Source: Caecitellus pseudoparvulus
Lineage: Eukaryota; Protista; Bigyra: Bicosoecida
NCBI GenBank assembly: GCA_965644315.1
Contig: CBFFRQ010000018.1
Location: 992,001-1,056,000 of the forward strand
Direction of reading: 5' to 3'
Length of the DNA stretch: 64,000 bases
Shown: positions 1-11,686 of the stretch, piece after piece
Layout of the letters: the number at the start of each line of letters is the position of its first letter
Numbering within the stretch: position 1 is the stretch's first letter
The notes under the pieces: generated by a model
What the model saw: only the letters and a program-made list of their open reading frames with translations
Database searches by the model: none
What the model was told of the DNA's origin: nothing
Program-made: the position numbers and the translations under genes

Positions 1-2879
1 GCAAAGGCGCTGCCGCCATCCCTCAGCCCGCCCACCATGGAGGACATGCCTGCGACAAAGGCGTTCTCGCCTCCGGCCTTGCCGCCTCCGCCACCCGTCA
101 GACGCAGTTCTGCCAACACAGCTGACTGCGTCCGCCGGGGCATGGCTCGGAGGTCCATGATGCGACTCAGCTCGGGGGCCGTGGCACTGGGCCACAAAGC
201 TTGAATGCTTGCCGCAAAGCGCGCTTCCGGTGTGCTCACGAGCTTCAGCAGAAGCTCGATGCGCGGCATCTCCCGGGAGACGAAATTCTTGTACACGGTG
301 GGGACGCTGTGCCCGCCTCCCACGCCACTGCTGTCGTCATCATCCCCTTCACTCACCAGTGCCGGGGCGTCCAGCAAGACAGACTTGATGCCTTGAGCAT
401 CCAGCAGCAGCTGCTGGGCCCCCATCTCCCCGATGCGCTTGCAGTTGAACAGGGCCCCCATGTACCGAGCAGTGAACGCCCGCGCAAACTTGTCACAAAA
501 GGACCTGAAGGCGCCTGGGCAGTTGCGGAGGACTTGCCGCACAGGCGGCATCAGCTTGCGCAGCGTGGCATCCACTGTGCTGACATACGCGCTGAGGTCC
601 CCCACGTCCGCGAGGGTCCACCAGTTCCCGCCTTGCAGAGCCAGCAGCGCGGGGTCAAGAGCACAAGCAAGGGCTTCCCCCAGCACCTTGGTGGCCTTCG
701 CCGCCACGCCGAAAAACAAATCCTGCGTGTCCGAGAACGAGACAGCTTCAGAGAAAGCCTCGTCCACCTTGCCGCGCAAGGACTCCTCCAGCCCCGGCAG
801 CGTCTCCCCCACGTACTCCGCTGTGTTGATCACCGATGCCAGACGCTTGAGAGCGCGGATGCCTTCGACGCCCTGCCCGATTGAGTATGTGTCCCCGGGA
901 AGCGCAGCAGGGGTCGACGCCCCAAAGCTCAAGGCTGAAGCTGCCTTTGCAACCACTGGCTCCGGCACGCCAGACTCCAGAGCCCGGGCGTATCCCCCCA
1001 GGGCTTCCTTGAACTGGATGTACAGCTCGAACAGGGTTTGAGCGCGCCCAAGCTGCACGCACCTGGAAGTGGCATTCTTGATTTGCAGGAACAGCTTTGC
1101 GGAAGACATGAGCACGTCCCGGCTGCCGGCGTGCGAGGTTCCAGCGGCAGCGCCCTCCCCGACGCCACGTGCCTCTTCTCCTGCAGCCGTGACGATGGCG
1201 TCCAAGCTGCCGCGCTCCAGGGCCACGTAAGCGCCCATGTATGGGTCAAACACATCTGAGATGCGCCTCATCAGCGTGGGCAAGGCAGGGAGGCTCTCAG
1301 CCTCAGCAACGTCACCCGCACCTCCTGCAAGCGACGACAGCCAGGCGGCCTTGGAGCTCTTCGCTGCCTCGGCTGCTTCGCGAGCCTGGGCGGCTGCCTT
1401 CCACTCCTGCCTGCGCTTATACTTGAGGCGAATGCCTTCGGCAGAGGTGGGGTCCACCACCTCCCCGGCTTCATTCACCAGGGGCGCACTCTCGTCGAAC
1501 TCAGCAGGGCCTGCGGCGGCTCCTGCACCAGCCGAGGCTGCCTGGCCTTCTGCGGCCTCTCCGACAATGGTACCTTCCTTCTCAAAGCGCCGAGTCATTT
1601 CCTTCTCCCACTGCAGCGTCTTGTTCAAGGCCCGCACTAGAGCTTCCGCAGGGGCTGAGTCTGGAGGGTCGAAGGCGCTGAGCACTTTGCCGCCAATGTC
1701 AGCCCGAACTTTGTCAGCAAAGGCGACCGCCAGTCGGTGGGGCAGGCTCCAGTGCCTGGGCAGCACGCGCCCAAAGCGGGCCTCGACATCTCGCAACTGG
1801 CGCCGAAACCAGGCATAGCGACGCTCGACAGCATCCAATGACGCTGCATCTGCACCACCGAACGTGCGTTCGTACGGCTTGTTCAGCTGCTTGCGGCAGA
1901 GGCGGCCAATGAGGCGCTCCAACACCTTGCCTCCCAAGGCATCAATGACGCCGCAGGCGTGGCGCAGCGTTTCCAAGCTCGTTGCCACAGCCCCTGACGC
2001 CTCTGATTCCTCCGGGTCAGCCAAAGATGCCGCCTCCCCGGCCCCAGCATCAGTCAAGTCTTCGAACTCCTCTTCGATGAGATGCTGCAGCTCCACCTTC
2101 ACGGTGTCCACGCGCTCCATAAGGTTGCGCATGGACGGCACCTCTTTGTATGGAGCAAACAGCTTGAAGAGCTGCTGGACAGCCTCCAGAAGGCGCCCGG
2201 CGTCTGTGTACTCGTGCACCTCCACGTAAGCTTCCAGGCGGTACACACTGGTCACCAGCATCTGCACGCGGTTGAGCGTCTCGATGGTGTTCGTGAGATG
2301 ACGCTTCGCAACATCCAGTGCCTTGATGTCTCGACAGATGTCCTGCGAGCAAACGGTGTGCAATGACAGTGAGCCGTGCAGCGATGTGGCCTGCGCGAGG
2401 CTCCTCGCAGAGAGCGGCGCACCTGCACCATGTCCTCAGACTTCTCCGCTTTGGCCTTGATGTCTGCCACCTTCCCCACAAGATCAGAGATGCTGCCTCG
2501 AGCATCAGAAAGGTCCTGGCTGGCCTTTGCTGCTGCCAGCGCCTGCTCCCTCACCGCAGAGTGCAGCTCCTTCTCCAGCGCCTTGATCTCCGCCTCAAAC
2601 CTGGCCGTGCACGCGTCCAAGCCTGCCAGCGAGTCTTCATCGGGGAATCGCCGGTTAATGTACTCGACGGGATCAAAGTCTGGGAGGTCCAACTCGTCTT
2701 GCTCCTCCCCAAGCACCTGGTGACAGGGCAAGTGGAAGGTGGTTGCATCGGCACTGCACTTGCGTTTCGCGGAGTTTCACAGCCCACGCTGCCGACTGCT
2801 TCGCTCAGCAGCTGCGTACCTCTGCCAGAGCTGCCTCCACTTCATCCGAGAGCGTGGTCGGGAATTCAGGAGCCTCCAT
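1..2879 (-). CDS. VPS53: Vacuolar protein sorting 53 (GARP/EARP subunit); 3' end lies outside the window
   Basis: The spliced N-terminus reads MEAPEFPTTLSDEVEAALAE|VLGEEQDELDLPDFDPVEYINRRFP...KAEKSEDMVQ|DICRDIKALDVAKRHLTNTI, matching Vps53_N motifs. GT-AG introns at 2717-2819 and 2343-2422. Confidence 0.93.
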
Positions 2880-3376
2880 TGCAGGCAATGCGGACAGGTG
2901 GCGCCCTCCACAGTCCTGCACCTCCTCAGCGCGCAAGCCGCCTGCTCAGCTGGTGCTGGCTTGCTCTGCCACCGCGCAGCTGCTTGCGGGACTAGGCACA
3001 CAGGAGCACAACAGCAGCCCCTCAGGTGCAAACGTACCCCAACGTAGTATACGAAAAGTGTACATTTCTTAAGAGTGTGCGCAGCTGGCCCCTGCTGTGA
3101 CAGACAGCGGCCAGGCACTGCAAGTACACGCTTCACACACAAAGATACACACAGCACGCACAAGGAAAAGGGAAACGATGCGAGTCTGAACTAGGGACAC
3201 GTACACTGCGTACGTGGTCTTCCCAGGGACGTTGGCTCTGGCCCTGCTTTCGGCATGGCCGGTAAGAAAGCCTGAACATCGACGCTTGCCGGCACGCATG
3301 CGCTGAACATGCTGGCCCCTGTCCGTCCCGTCAAAAAGACTGATGGAGAATTCTGGAGGAGCGTAAACCACTAGAT

Positions 3377-6300
3377 TCAGACTTGAGCGCCATCTTGCAG
3401 TGTCTCCTGCTCCGACAACTCTCCATCAATGTCACTACCCACGTCACCGTCGCTGCTCTGGCTGTCACTCGTCGCTGCCTCTTCAGCACCGCTGCTTGAC
3501 TCAGCCGACTCCGAGCCGGCAGTCGGCGACGCCTGGCTCCTAAACATAGAGCCCAGCCCAACGAAGCTCTGCCGCACGGACCTCAGAGCACCGGCCAGAG
3601 GGCTCTCCGTGTGGGTGCTAGCGGCAGCCGGGGCATCCTCCTCAGGCGCCAGGCTCCGCCGGCCCCCAACCTGGGGAGGCACAGCACGCCTGGCAAACCC
3701 AACTGGAGGCGGGGCCGCTTTGCGTGGCGCGCTCACCACAGCAGCTCGTTCAGGGGCTGTTGGCTGCGGTGCCGCAGCTGCAGGCTGCTTGTGGCGGAGG
3801 ACGCTCCGAGCCTGGCGCGGGTCCCCACCCCCGCTCTTCTTTCGTGATAGACTGGCAGGTCTGCCGCCCAAACCAAAGGCAGCACGGCCCTTTGCTGATG
3901 CCATTGCCTGGGCCCGCTGCCCCTCCAGCCCAAAGCCCACAACTCGTGAGCTCGGCGTGCGCGCAGCCTGACTTGCAGCCAGCTCCATCGCAGTGGCCTG
4001 CTGCTCAGACTGCAGCTCCTCCTCGTCATCCAGCACCATGCCCCGCGAGCCGGGCCCTTGGCGGGAAATCTTCGTTGCAGAGAAGGCAGCCCGCTCGTTG
4101 GGCCGCTTTGAAAAGACTGACGCCGGCCCTGCTGGGTTCCGGACGCTGCGCACGTCACCCTCCAGCTCGAACAAGCTGCCCCGCCTCGTCGCCGGCATGG
4201 CTGCAGACTTGTTCAGCCGTGTGAAAAGCATGGCTACTGAGAAGCGTGTGCGGCGCTTCATGGACGACGTCAAGTCGCGGGCTGCGCCTGCGCCTTGAGC
4301 GGCCAACACCGGTTCAGGCTTGGCGCCACGCACGGGGCCTTCCGCTGCACTGCCATCAGCCCCTGCAAGGCCTGTGCTACGCTGTGCCAGTGAGCCACCC
4401 ACATCGCCCTGGGGAAGGCACCCTGCAATGGCGGCGTCCACGACAGACTCCACCCACTCGGCAGCGTTCCGGCCTTGGTGGTCAACTTCCCTCAACGCCC
4501 TTGCAAGCGCAGGTGATGCTTTCGCTGCGATGGCGAGGAGGATGCTGATGAGAAAGGCCCCATTCAACAAGACGAGTCCAATCGTCAGACCGTTGGCTCG
4601 AGATGCCGGGTGTGTTGCTTCTGTCAATGCTGACTGCTCCTGGACATCAGATGGCTCGCCGGCCGCAGCTACCAAGGCTCGGCGCCACCTGTCCGAGGTG
4701 TTGTTGTTCCACGACACTGTGTCAATGCCAGCATCAAGCATGCCTAGGCCAAGAAGAGTCGTGACGATCAGCAAGAGAGCAACTGTCTCGAAGCTGTTTG
4801 CCTCGCCAGTCGCATAGGGTCTGAAGGAGATGTGAAGCAGCAACCCCACCAGCATGAGCCCGACGCCAACACTGAGCTGCAGCTGTGCGTTGCGCACCAT
4901 GACCGCAAGGAAAGCCATGCTTGCCTTCTCGAGGAACTTCACCAGTTCCCACAAAAATCTCAAGCCGTATAAGTCGTAGCCGTCGTACAGCACCGCTAGT
5001 CGGCGGCGCATCGCGGCAGTGTGCAGAAGGCTGCGAAAGTGCCACAGGACACCCACCGAAACAAGCGGTAAGCCCACCACGTAAAGAATAATGAAGACAA
5101 TCGCCAGCCCCAACGCTGTCTCATACTCTGGTGTGTCGGTGCGGACAGATAGGTCGCTGCGCAAGTACATGACCCCGCCAATGGGATCTGGGAACACGTC
5201 CAAGACGCTCATGCTGGCCTTGGCCACAGCGGGGTACATGAAAAACAGCAGGGACAGCGCAGCGCCAAGGGAGACAGTGACCGGGGTGATGCTCTCTGGG
5301 GCCACTGCCACAACCTCACCCGCTTCTTCGTCAGATGTCTGTTTGCGAGAGCCTTGGAGCCATCGTGAAAAAGAGCGCGGGCGATTGTCGTTCGCAGCGT
5401 CAGTCTCTGCCACAGGGTGGTCGTCCTCGTCGCCGTGGTCGATGTGCTTCAGGACTTCTGACTTGGAGGGGCCGGCGATCCGGCGAGCGCTGCTAAGGGG
5501 GTTCAAAGCGCTCATTTCTATGCCTTGGTGCACTCCTGAGTCCTCGGGGGCCTTGGCTGTCGCTGCTGTGACAGCGCTGGTGCCTTCTCGTGCACACCAA
5601 GTCTTGCAGCATCCAGCTGCTGACAAAGCAAATCCAATGGCGACAATCACCGCGCTGGTCGCGACCGGGGTCAGCAGCGTGACGTAGAATCGTTCGTAGA
5701 ATCCCAGCCGCAGCGCGCACTGTGCAGGGAATAGCGAAAGGGAGAGGCCATCTGAAGCGCCTCCGATGAGCTGCAGGAGCGTCGCAGCTTGGGAGGGAAT
5801 GGTGAGGCTGAAGGCTGCCATCATGCCGCTCACTTGCATCCACGATACGGCGATGCGGACCAGCACCATGCTGCTGTTCCCCGGCCTCGGGGCACAGCTT
5901 GCGAAGCCTTGCCGCACAACAAAAGCAAGCATGAGCAGCATTGCAACTGTCGTGGCCAGCGCACTGCTGCTGCCTTCCCAGCACTTGACGCACTCGTTCC
6001 CAGAGAAGGCGTAGCCCTCCGCGCAAACCCCACACAGGGGGCCTGTGTACCCCTTGGTGCAAGTGAAGGCCTGGGCCTGGGAGCTCTCGCCTGCGCTCAC
6101 CGGGTCCATTGCACCCAAGGCCACTCGTAACTCAACAATTCGCCCAGACAAAGTCGAGTTGCTCTCAGCAGCTTGCAGCTGCCTGCTCAGTGCGATGGGC
6201 AAGCTCGCCTGTTCCAGCTCCTCTAGTTCATCGAGAAGAAGCTGCAAAGACACGCAGGCTTCTGGGTGCAAGCATGGCAGCAACGAGTCCCCGGCGCGGA

Positions 6301-9300
6301 GACGGGTCACGTTCACGCCCTGGGGCGCGTAGAAGCCACTCTGCACTTGCACAACTCCATCAACGCACAGCACACCTTGTGCTGGGCACGCCTCACAGGA
6401 TGATGCTCCAGCGTACGAAAACATCCCACTCGGACACCGCTGGCATGAGGATCCCAGGCCCCCTTCCGAGAAGTACCCTGCAGCGCATTGCACACAAGCC
6501 GAGGCGCCGTCGGCACCGCGCGCCAAGGCAAGACCTGTTGGCGGTGCCCAGCCAGGCATGCACGAGCAGCGCACGCCCCCTGGCGCAGGCTGCTGCCCTG
6601 CGCCACTGCATAATGCAGGCAGCAGGGTGACAAATCCTCCCTGCAGGGCGGCTACGCCCTGGCTGCTGCTGAACTGCAGCGGGGAGGATACTGGCTCTTG
6701 CTGTGAGTGTGACAGACGAGAAGGCACGGCAGGAACAAGCTGCAGTACACCAGGGGCGGGAGGCTCGACGAGTACCTGCACTACTGAGGTGTTTGCTGTT
6801 GGGAGGGCGTTCACGCTCACTGCTCCGGCGTCAAGCTCTCTTCCTTCTGTCGCTGATGCTCCCGCGGCCCAGTGCCTTGCCGACACCGTCAATGTCGAGG
6901 CGTTATGGACACGCGGAAAGCCGGCTTCATCAGCCAAGTGAACATCAAAAACCATCGTTTCCTTCGCATGCAGGCTGCTGACTCCGCCGCTGCCAGAGGG
7001 GGTGCCTGCAGCAACGAGGCTGCTTGACCTCGCACGGGCAGCTCCCGGCAAGAGTTGCACTGTTAGCACAATCACAAAGGAGTCATTTGCTTGCTGACGT
7101 GGGCCCATCCCCGCTTGCCCTGATACATCAGGCTTCGCAAGCACCTGGAAAGAGCTTCTGTACAGGCCGGGGCCCTCTGTCATTCTGCTCGCGTCAACCC
7201 ACCCAGCAACGTCAAATGTGCCTCCCCCCGGCAGCACCCAACCGTTCCCATGTGGCAGCCGTAGCCAGGGAGCAGCAGCGTAGGTCATGTTTGGAGACTG
7301 GCTGGCCTGCACACTGAGTGGAGCGTGGGGGGCAACTGCGCTGGCAAACGCGCTGCCTTCAGAGTTTTGGTCGTCGTCAGCCACGGAGGCTGGAGACTGA
7401 AGTGGGATGCGAGAGAGAGGGTCAGCGTGCACCGTAAAGGGAAATGGAGTCGTGTGAGCTGTCAAGCGCACAGATACTGGTGCAAGCTGACCCGGTTCGA
7501 GCGACACAAACAGTTCGCTGGAGCATGCAGACACCAGGCCAACCCGCACGATCCACAGAACTTGTGCTGCAGCTACCGATCCTGCCGTGTCTTGTACATC
7601 CAGGAACATACCATACACCCCTTTTTGCATGCCAGTCACGTTCACTGACAAAAAGATGGGGCCCGTAGAGAACGCGTCCAATGTGTACACTTGCGGTGCG
7701 GTTGGGGGCGGTGGGCGACTCCCTGCACCGTGTTGACTTGTCCAGACGTCCACGAAGTGCCGGTACTGGGAAAACGTGTCCAAGGTCCCAGGATGGCTCG
7801 GCAAGCTTCGGGGGCCGTTGACGGGGCGTGTGGATACCGCCCACCGGACTGGCACGGAGCCTGAGGTGGACAACGCCACTTGGACTTGCCCCACAGAGTC
7901 CATGGGAACAAAATGATCAAGAACTTGCGGGGAAACGCGCAGGCCTGGTGCTATGACTGTAATGTGAACCCTGACGGTGTCCTGAAATCTTGAATCTGAT
8001 GGATCTGGCACTTGGCCTGCTGCAGTGGCAGTGGCTTGGAAGCGCACTGTTGCCAGGTACTGTCCAGGCGACATCCCTGCAGCAGCGACTGTGATGGGGA
8101 CTGGCAGGCTTCCGAACGGAGCTGCACTGGCATCTGAAGCTTGTTGTGGCACGGTGACTCGCACCCACTCAGCTAGGGCGGGCTCCTCTACGAACCCGAT
8201 AAACGGGCCTTCGGAACTGACCCGCGCAAACACTCGATGACTGTGGGGGGCAGCGACAGTCACATAAAGGTCATCAGGATCCGCAATTAAGCCCTGAATG
8301 GGGCCTGAAGAGGCAGAGGGCACAGGTGTGCCGCTTGGCGCTTGTGAAGAAGAAGGAACTGGAGTGTTCGCGGAAGTAGGAAGAGCAGCCACCGTCGCCG
8401 AGGAAGACGGCGTCACTGAAGCTGTTGAAGTCGCCGAGAAGCTGGGTGTGGGGGTGAAAGACGTTGTTACTGCCGCTGTGGCGGAAGAGGTAGGCGAGAA
8501 AGTGGACGTTGCGGACGAAGTTGAGGACGAAGTTGCAGTCTGAGAGGCGGTGTTGCTCGGGGTAGATGTCCCAGTCTGGGATGGGGTGACGGAGGACGTT
8601 GAGGTGGCTGACGGAGAAGGCGTGCCGCTGGGCGTCCTGGCCGGGGTGCCTGCCGGGGTACTGGCCGGCGTGCCTCCTGGAGTGGACTGAGCTGACGAAG
8701 AAGGTGCTGCGGTTGAGGAGACACTGGAAGAAGGGGAATTCGAGCTCGTAGGAGTTGACGTCTCTGACGGGGTGGGACTCGTGGTGGGGAGGGCAGTCTC
8801 GGTCGCGGAGGTAGATGGTGTCCCCGTGCTTGAAACTGAAGGTGTGGCTGAGTTGCTCGGGGTGCTGGCCGGAGTGCTGCCAGGCGTCCCACCAGGGGTG
8901 CCTGCTGCAGACACTGAAGCAGACGCGCTGCGTGTTGTCGTCTGCGAAGCGGTTGAGGAGGGGGTCTCTGATGGAGAAGCGGTCGCGGTTGGTGACACGG
9001 ATGAGGTGCCTGAAGCACTTGCTGTGGGACTGGACGTGACTGCTGGCGTCGGCGCCGCAGTCCCTGACGGAGCAGCCGTCCCTGACACGCTAGCGGTGCT
9101 TGTAGCACTGGAAGTGACAGAAGTTGTCACCGTAGCCGTCTCGGATGGAGTGTAGCTGGGGGTGTTGGAGCTGCTGGAGGTTGCTGTCGCAGTTCTGGTT
9201 GCGCTGGGTGACTCTGTCGCAGAGCTTGTCGGGCTGACAGAAGGTGTTCCACTGCCCGTCACACTGGGTGTGGCACTTGAAGAGCTTGTTGCACCTGCCG

Positions 9301-11686
9301 TCGAGGAGACTGAGCTTGTGGCACTGGTCGTAGCTGTTGCGCTGCTCGTCACACTTTGACTTGCTGTGACACTACTGGACACCGATGGCGTTCCTGAGGC
9401 GCTGCTTGAGGCACTTGAAGTTGCACTCGCGGTTTGAGAGGCCGTCACAGTCGCACTCTGAGACGCTGTCTGAGACGGGGAACCCGTGGCAGTTACGGAG
9501 GTAGATGCCGTTGGCGTGCTCGTCGCTGAAACGGAGGCGGTCGCCGAGGAAGAGCTGGTCACAGACGAAGTCGGGGTGCTTGTTCCACTGGTAGACGGAG
9601 AAGACGTGGCTGATCGAGTGGGGGCAGCAGTTAGCGAGCTAGACGTGCTTGCCGTGGGGGAGACGGAAGCACTCTGCGAGCTCGTGGCTGTCTGACTCGG
9701 CGTCGATGTGGAGGTTGGAGTAGGCGTTTCAGTGACTGAGGGAGAGGGTGATGCCGACAATGTGCTGGAAGGTGAAGATGTTGATGACGGCGTTGCAGAG
9801 CTTGTGGGTGAGGAAGTTCCCGTTGCCGAAGCGGTGGCAGTCACTGACGGTGATGAAGTCACGGTGCCGCTCGGCGAAGCCGTCGTGGACGGAGTTGAGG
9901 AAGTGGATGCCGTGCCAGTGGGTGTTGCTGAGGGAGTCTGTGTCACAGAAGCTGTTCTTGTCGGTGTCGAGGTCTGGGAGGGACTCGATGTCTGGGTCAC
10001 CGTTCCAGACGGTGTGCTGGACACCGAAGCCGTCGGTGTGAAGGAGGGTGTGGAGCTCGGAGTGGGGGTAGATGAGGGCGTGGGGGATGGCGTTGGGGCC
10101 ACCGAGGGCCAAACAAGCAATGTTGTTGGGTTGTCTATCTCCTCAGGGTTCCAAGATGACACGTTTACGCCCACGAAAGAGAGGGCCCCGCCGGGCGCTG
10201 CAGGGGCCGGCACCTTGTTCGTACCGGACGTCAGGGGCAAAGTAGCCATGCCAATGGCAATGCCAGGCACCGCAGTGTATCCAGGCGGAACTGAAGAAGG
10301 CCCTCGCCCTCCTCGGGCTCCCACAGTGCCGCCTGCGACGTCGCCCACAAATAGCACCCCACTTCCAAACTGCCGGGCGTCCTGCAGCGGCCGTAGCCCA
10401 GGCCCCGCTGCCGAGGTGTCCCCTGAAGTGCCTGTAGACACATCAAGGCAGCCAATCTCAGGTTCGAGACAGGTGAGGCCATCCTCTCCTGGACTCAGCT
10501 TCGCCCAAGTGGTGACCTGCGAGCTGGGAGGGGCCGGCATGCCCAACAAGAATGCCGAGCCAGTGGTGGAGTTGGTCAATGTGGCGGCTCCACAGTCTCC
10601 AGGGGCCCCCAGAATAAGATCCCCAACGCCATCCCCAGTCAAATCAGGAGTCGCGGTCATAGTGATCCCTCGCTGGCCGTCAAGGAGCCATTGTGAGGGG
10701 CCACAGCCGAAAGTCAGGGGGGCGGTGTCCAGCACCTGCAAGCTGAGGAGCAGGCCAGCACGGTCCAAAGCCGTGATGTACACAAGCGGGTCAAGGATGT
10801 CAATGGAGGAGGCGGCCATGATCGCAAACTCGTTCCGTGCCCCATTGCCATCTTGGTCGTACAACTGGGCGGCTGACATGCCGAAGTTGAGAAACTCCGT
10901 GCCAGCCTCAGCACGGGGAGAGAACTCTCTCACACCGCACGAACTGTTCAAGTACATGAGCCGGGTATTTCCCAACCCCGTCGCGAACTCGCCTGGGGTC
11001 GTCACGAGAGCATCCGGGTTCCCGTCCCCGTCCCAGTCCCCCACCCCAAGCACGGCATAGGCCCACATGTTCGTGACGTCGAAGGTCGGCAGGCCAAACA
11101 TGCCAGAGCCAACAAGCTGGATGCCTTGTGCTGTCGCAGCAGAGTTCAGTCGCACCAGGGCCAAGGCGGCAGCTCCACCAGAGCACACCTGCGCAGTGCA
11201 AGTGCCCACGTTGACTGCAAGGTCGTCGCCCCCGTCCCCATCAACGTCACCCAACACCGCGAATGACCGCCCAATGAACGAGTTGGACGACGCGAAAAAC
11301 GTGTGAGAGCCCAGTGCAGCAGATCCCTCTGCGATGGTCACAACCTTCATCCCTACTGTGCCATCTGCGACATGCTCAAGCTGAGAGTCTGTCGGCCACA
11401 GCAGCAAGTGGATCGCACCATCCGACAATGCCGAGGAGTTCGTCGTGGGTGCCCCCACAGCCATGGACAAAGCGCTTGATGCGGAGGAGTTCCAGTTTCC
11501 CCACTGCACGTAAGTACCGAAGGCTCCCTTTGCAATGCTACTGATGTTTGTCGCTGCTCCAGAGGCGTCGAGGGTTAGGGAGGCGTTGTTGCTTTGCGTG
11601 CCAAGTGCTTCACCGAAAGCAGCGACGAGGGACATGCGACACAGCAAGCCCGCCAGCAGCAGGTGTACCCAAGCCATACCGTGCAT
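3377..11686 (-). CDS. Giant intronless surface receptor/adhesin: signal peptide, FG-GAP repeats, Ser/Thr mucin stalk, beta-sandwich-like region, Cys-rich GCC2/ephrin-like repeats, multi-pass TM domain, cytoplasmic tail
   Basis: 2818-aa ORF; likely start MHGMAWVHLLLAGLLC (ATG 11686). FG-GAP-type loops GDVDGDGGDDLAV, GDWDGDGNPDALV, DLTGDGVGDLILGAP. Cys motifs CVQCAAGYFS and CTKGYTGPLCGVCAEGY. Many hydrophobic helices at ~5960-4520. Confidence 0.85.
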   Translation of the reverse strand: MHGMAWVHLLLAGLLCRMSLVAAFGEALGTQSNNASLTLDASGAATNISSIAKGAFGTYVQWGNWNSSASSALSMAVGAPTTNSSALSDGAIHLLLWPTDSQLEHVADGTVGMKVVTIAEGSAALGSHTFFASSNSFIGRSFAVLGDVDGDGGDDLAVNVGTCTAQVCSGGAAALALVRLNSAATAQGIQLVGSGMFGLPTFDVTNMWAYAVLGVGDWDGDGNPDALVTTPGEFATGLGNTRLMYLNSSCGVREFSPRAEAGTEFLNFGMSAAQLYDQDGNGARNEFAIMAASSIDILDPLVYITALDRAGLLLSLQVLDTAPLTFGCGPSQWLLDGQRGITMTATPDLTGDGVGDLILGAPGDCGAATLTNSTTGSAFLLGMPAPPSSQVTTWAKLSPGEDGLTCLEPEIGCLDVSTGTSGDTSAAGPGLRPLQDARQFGSGVLFVGDVAGGTVGARGGRGPSSVPPGYTAVPGIAIGMATLPLTSGTNKVPAPAAPGGALSFVGVNVSSWNPEEIDNPTTLLVWPSVAPTPSPTPSSTPTPSSTPSFTPTASVSSTPSGTVTQTSSPSQTSTPTRTASVTQTPSATPTGTASTSSTPSTTASPSGTVTSSPSVTATASATGTSSPTSSATPSSTSSPSSTLSASPSPSVTETPTPTSTSTPSQTATSSQSASVSPTASTSSSLTAAPTRSATSSPSTSGTSTPTSSVTSSSSATASVSATSTPTASTSVTATGSPSQTASQSATVTASQTASATSSASSSASGTPSVSSSVTASQSVTSSATATTSATSSVSSTAGATSSSSATPSVTGSGTPSVSPTSSATESPSATRTATATSSSSNTPSYTPSETATVTTSVTSSATSTASVSGTAAPSGTAAPTPAVTSSPTASASGTSSVSPTATASPSETPSSTASQTTTRSASASVSAAGTPGGTPGSTPASTPSNSATPSVSSTGTPSTSATETALPTTSPTPSETSTPTSSNSPSSSVSSTAAPSSSAQSTPGGTPASTPAGTPARTPSGTPSPSATSTSSVTPSQTGTSTPSNTASQTATSSSTSSATSTFSPTSSATAAVTTSFTPTPSFSATSTASVTPSSSATVAALPTSANTPVPSSSQAPSGTPVPSASSGPIQGLIADPDDLYVTVAAPHSHRVFARVSSEGPFIGFVEEPALAEWVRVTVPQQASDASAAPFGSLPVPITVAAAGMSPGQYLATVRFQATATAAGQVPDPSDSRFQDTVRVHITVIAPGLRVSPQVLDHFVPMDSVGQVQVALSTSGSVPVRWAVSTRPVNGPRSLPSHPGTLDTFSQYRHFVDVWTSQHGAGSRPPPPTAPQVYTLDAFSTGPIFLSVNVTGMQKGVYGMFLDVQDTAGSVAAAQVLWIVRVGLVSACSSELFVSLEPGQLAPVSVRLTAHTTPFPFTVHADPLSRIPLQSPASVADDDQNSEGSAFASAVAPHAPLSVQASQSPNMTYAAAPWLRLPHGNGWVLPGGGTFDVAGWVDASRMTEGPGLYRSSFQVLAKPDVSGQAGMGPRQQANDSFVIVLTVQLLPGAARARSSSLVAAGTPSGSGGVSSLHAKETMVFDVHLADEAGFPRVHNASTLTVSARHWAAGASATEGRELDAGAVSVNALPTANTSVVQVLVEPPAPGVLQLVPAVPSRLSHSQQEPVSSPLQFSSSQGVAALQGGFVTLLPALCSGAGQQPAPGGVRCSCMPGWAPPTGLALARGADGASACVQCAAGYFSEGGLGSSCQRCPSGMFSYAGASSCEACPAQGVLCVDGVVQVQSGFYAPQGVNVTRLRAGDSLLPCLHPEACVSLQLLLDELEELEQASLPIALSRQLQAAESNSTLSGRIVELRVALGAMDPVSAGESSQAQAFTCTKGYTGPLCGVCAEGYAFSGNECVKCWEGSSSALATTVAMLLMLAFVVRQGFASCAPRPGNSSMVLVRIAVSWMQVSGMMAAFSLTIPSQAATLLQLIGGASDGLSLSLFPAQCALRLGFYERFYVTLLTPVATSAVIVAIGFALSAAGCCKTWCAREGTSAVTAATAKAPEDSGVHQGIEMSALNPLSSARRIAGPSKSEVLKHIDHGDEDDHPVAETDAANDNRPRSFSRWLQGSRKQTSDEEAGEVVAVAPESITPVTVSLGAALSLLFFMYPAVAKASMSVLDVFPDPIGGVMYLRSDLSVRTDTPEYETALGLAIVFIILYVVGLPLVSVGVLWHFRSLLHTAAMRRRLAVLYDGYDLYGLRFLWELVKFLEKASMAFLAVMVRNAQLQLSVGVGLMLVGLLLHISFRPYATGEANSFETVALLLIVTTLLGLGMLDAGIDTVSWNNNTSDRWRRALVAAAGEPSDVQEQSALTEATHPASRANGLTIGLVLLNGAFLISILLAIAAKASPALARALREVDHQGRNAAEWVESVVDAAIAGCLPQGDVGGSLAQRSTGLAGADGSAAEGPVRGAKPEPVLAAQGAGAARDLTSSMKRRTRFSVAMLFTRLNKSAAMPATRRGSLFELEGDVRSVRNPAGPASVFSKRPNERAAFSATKISRQGPGSRGMVLDDEEELQSEQQATAMELAASQAARTPSSRVVGFGLEGQRAQAMASAKGRAAFGLGGRPASLSRKKSGGGDPRQARSVLRHKQPAAAAPQPTAPERAAVVSAPRKAAPPPVGFARRAVPPQVGGRRSLAPEEDAPAAASTHTESPLAGALRSVRQSFVGLGSMFRSQASPTAGSESAESSSGAEEAATSDSQSSDGDVGSDIDGELSEQETLQDGAQV
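8300..10100 (-). repeat. Coding low-complexity Ser/Thr/Pro/Ala mucin-like stalk (~600 aa)
   Basis: Degenerate TPS/SAT/TAS peptide repeats inside the receptor ORF; no exact DNA-level tandem unit is visible. Confidence 0.9.

Noticed and set aside
8300-10100. Repetitive tract as satellite or CRISPR-like array
   Set aside because: No fixed repeat/spacer units; it is a coding Ser/Thr stalk.
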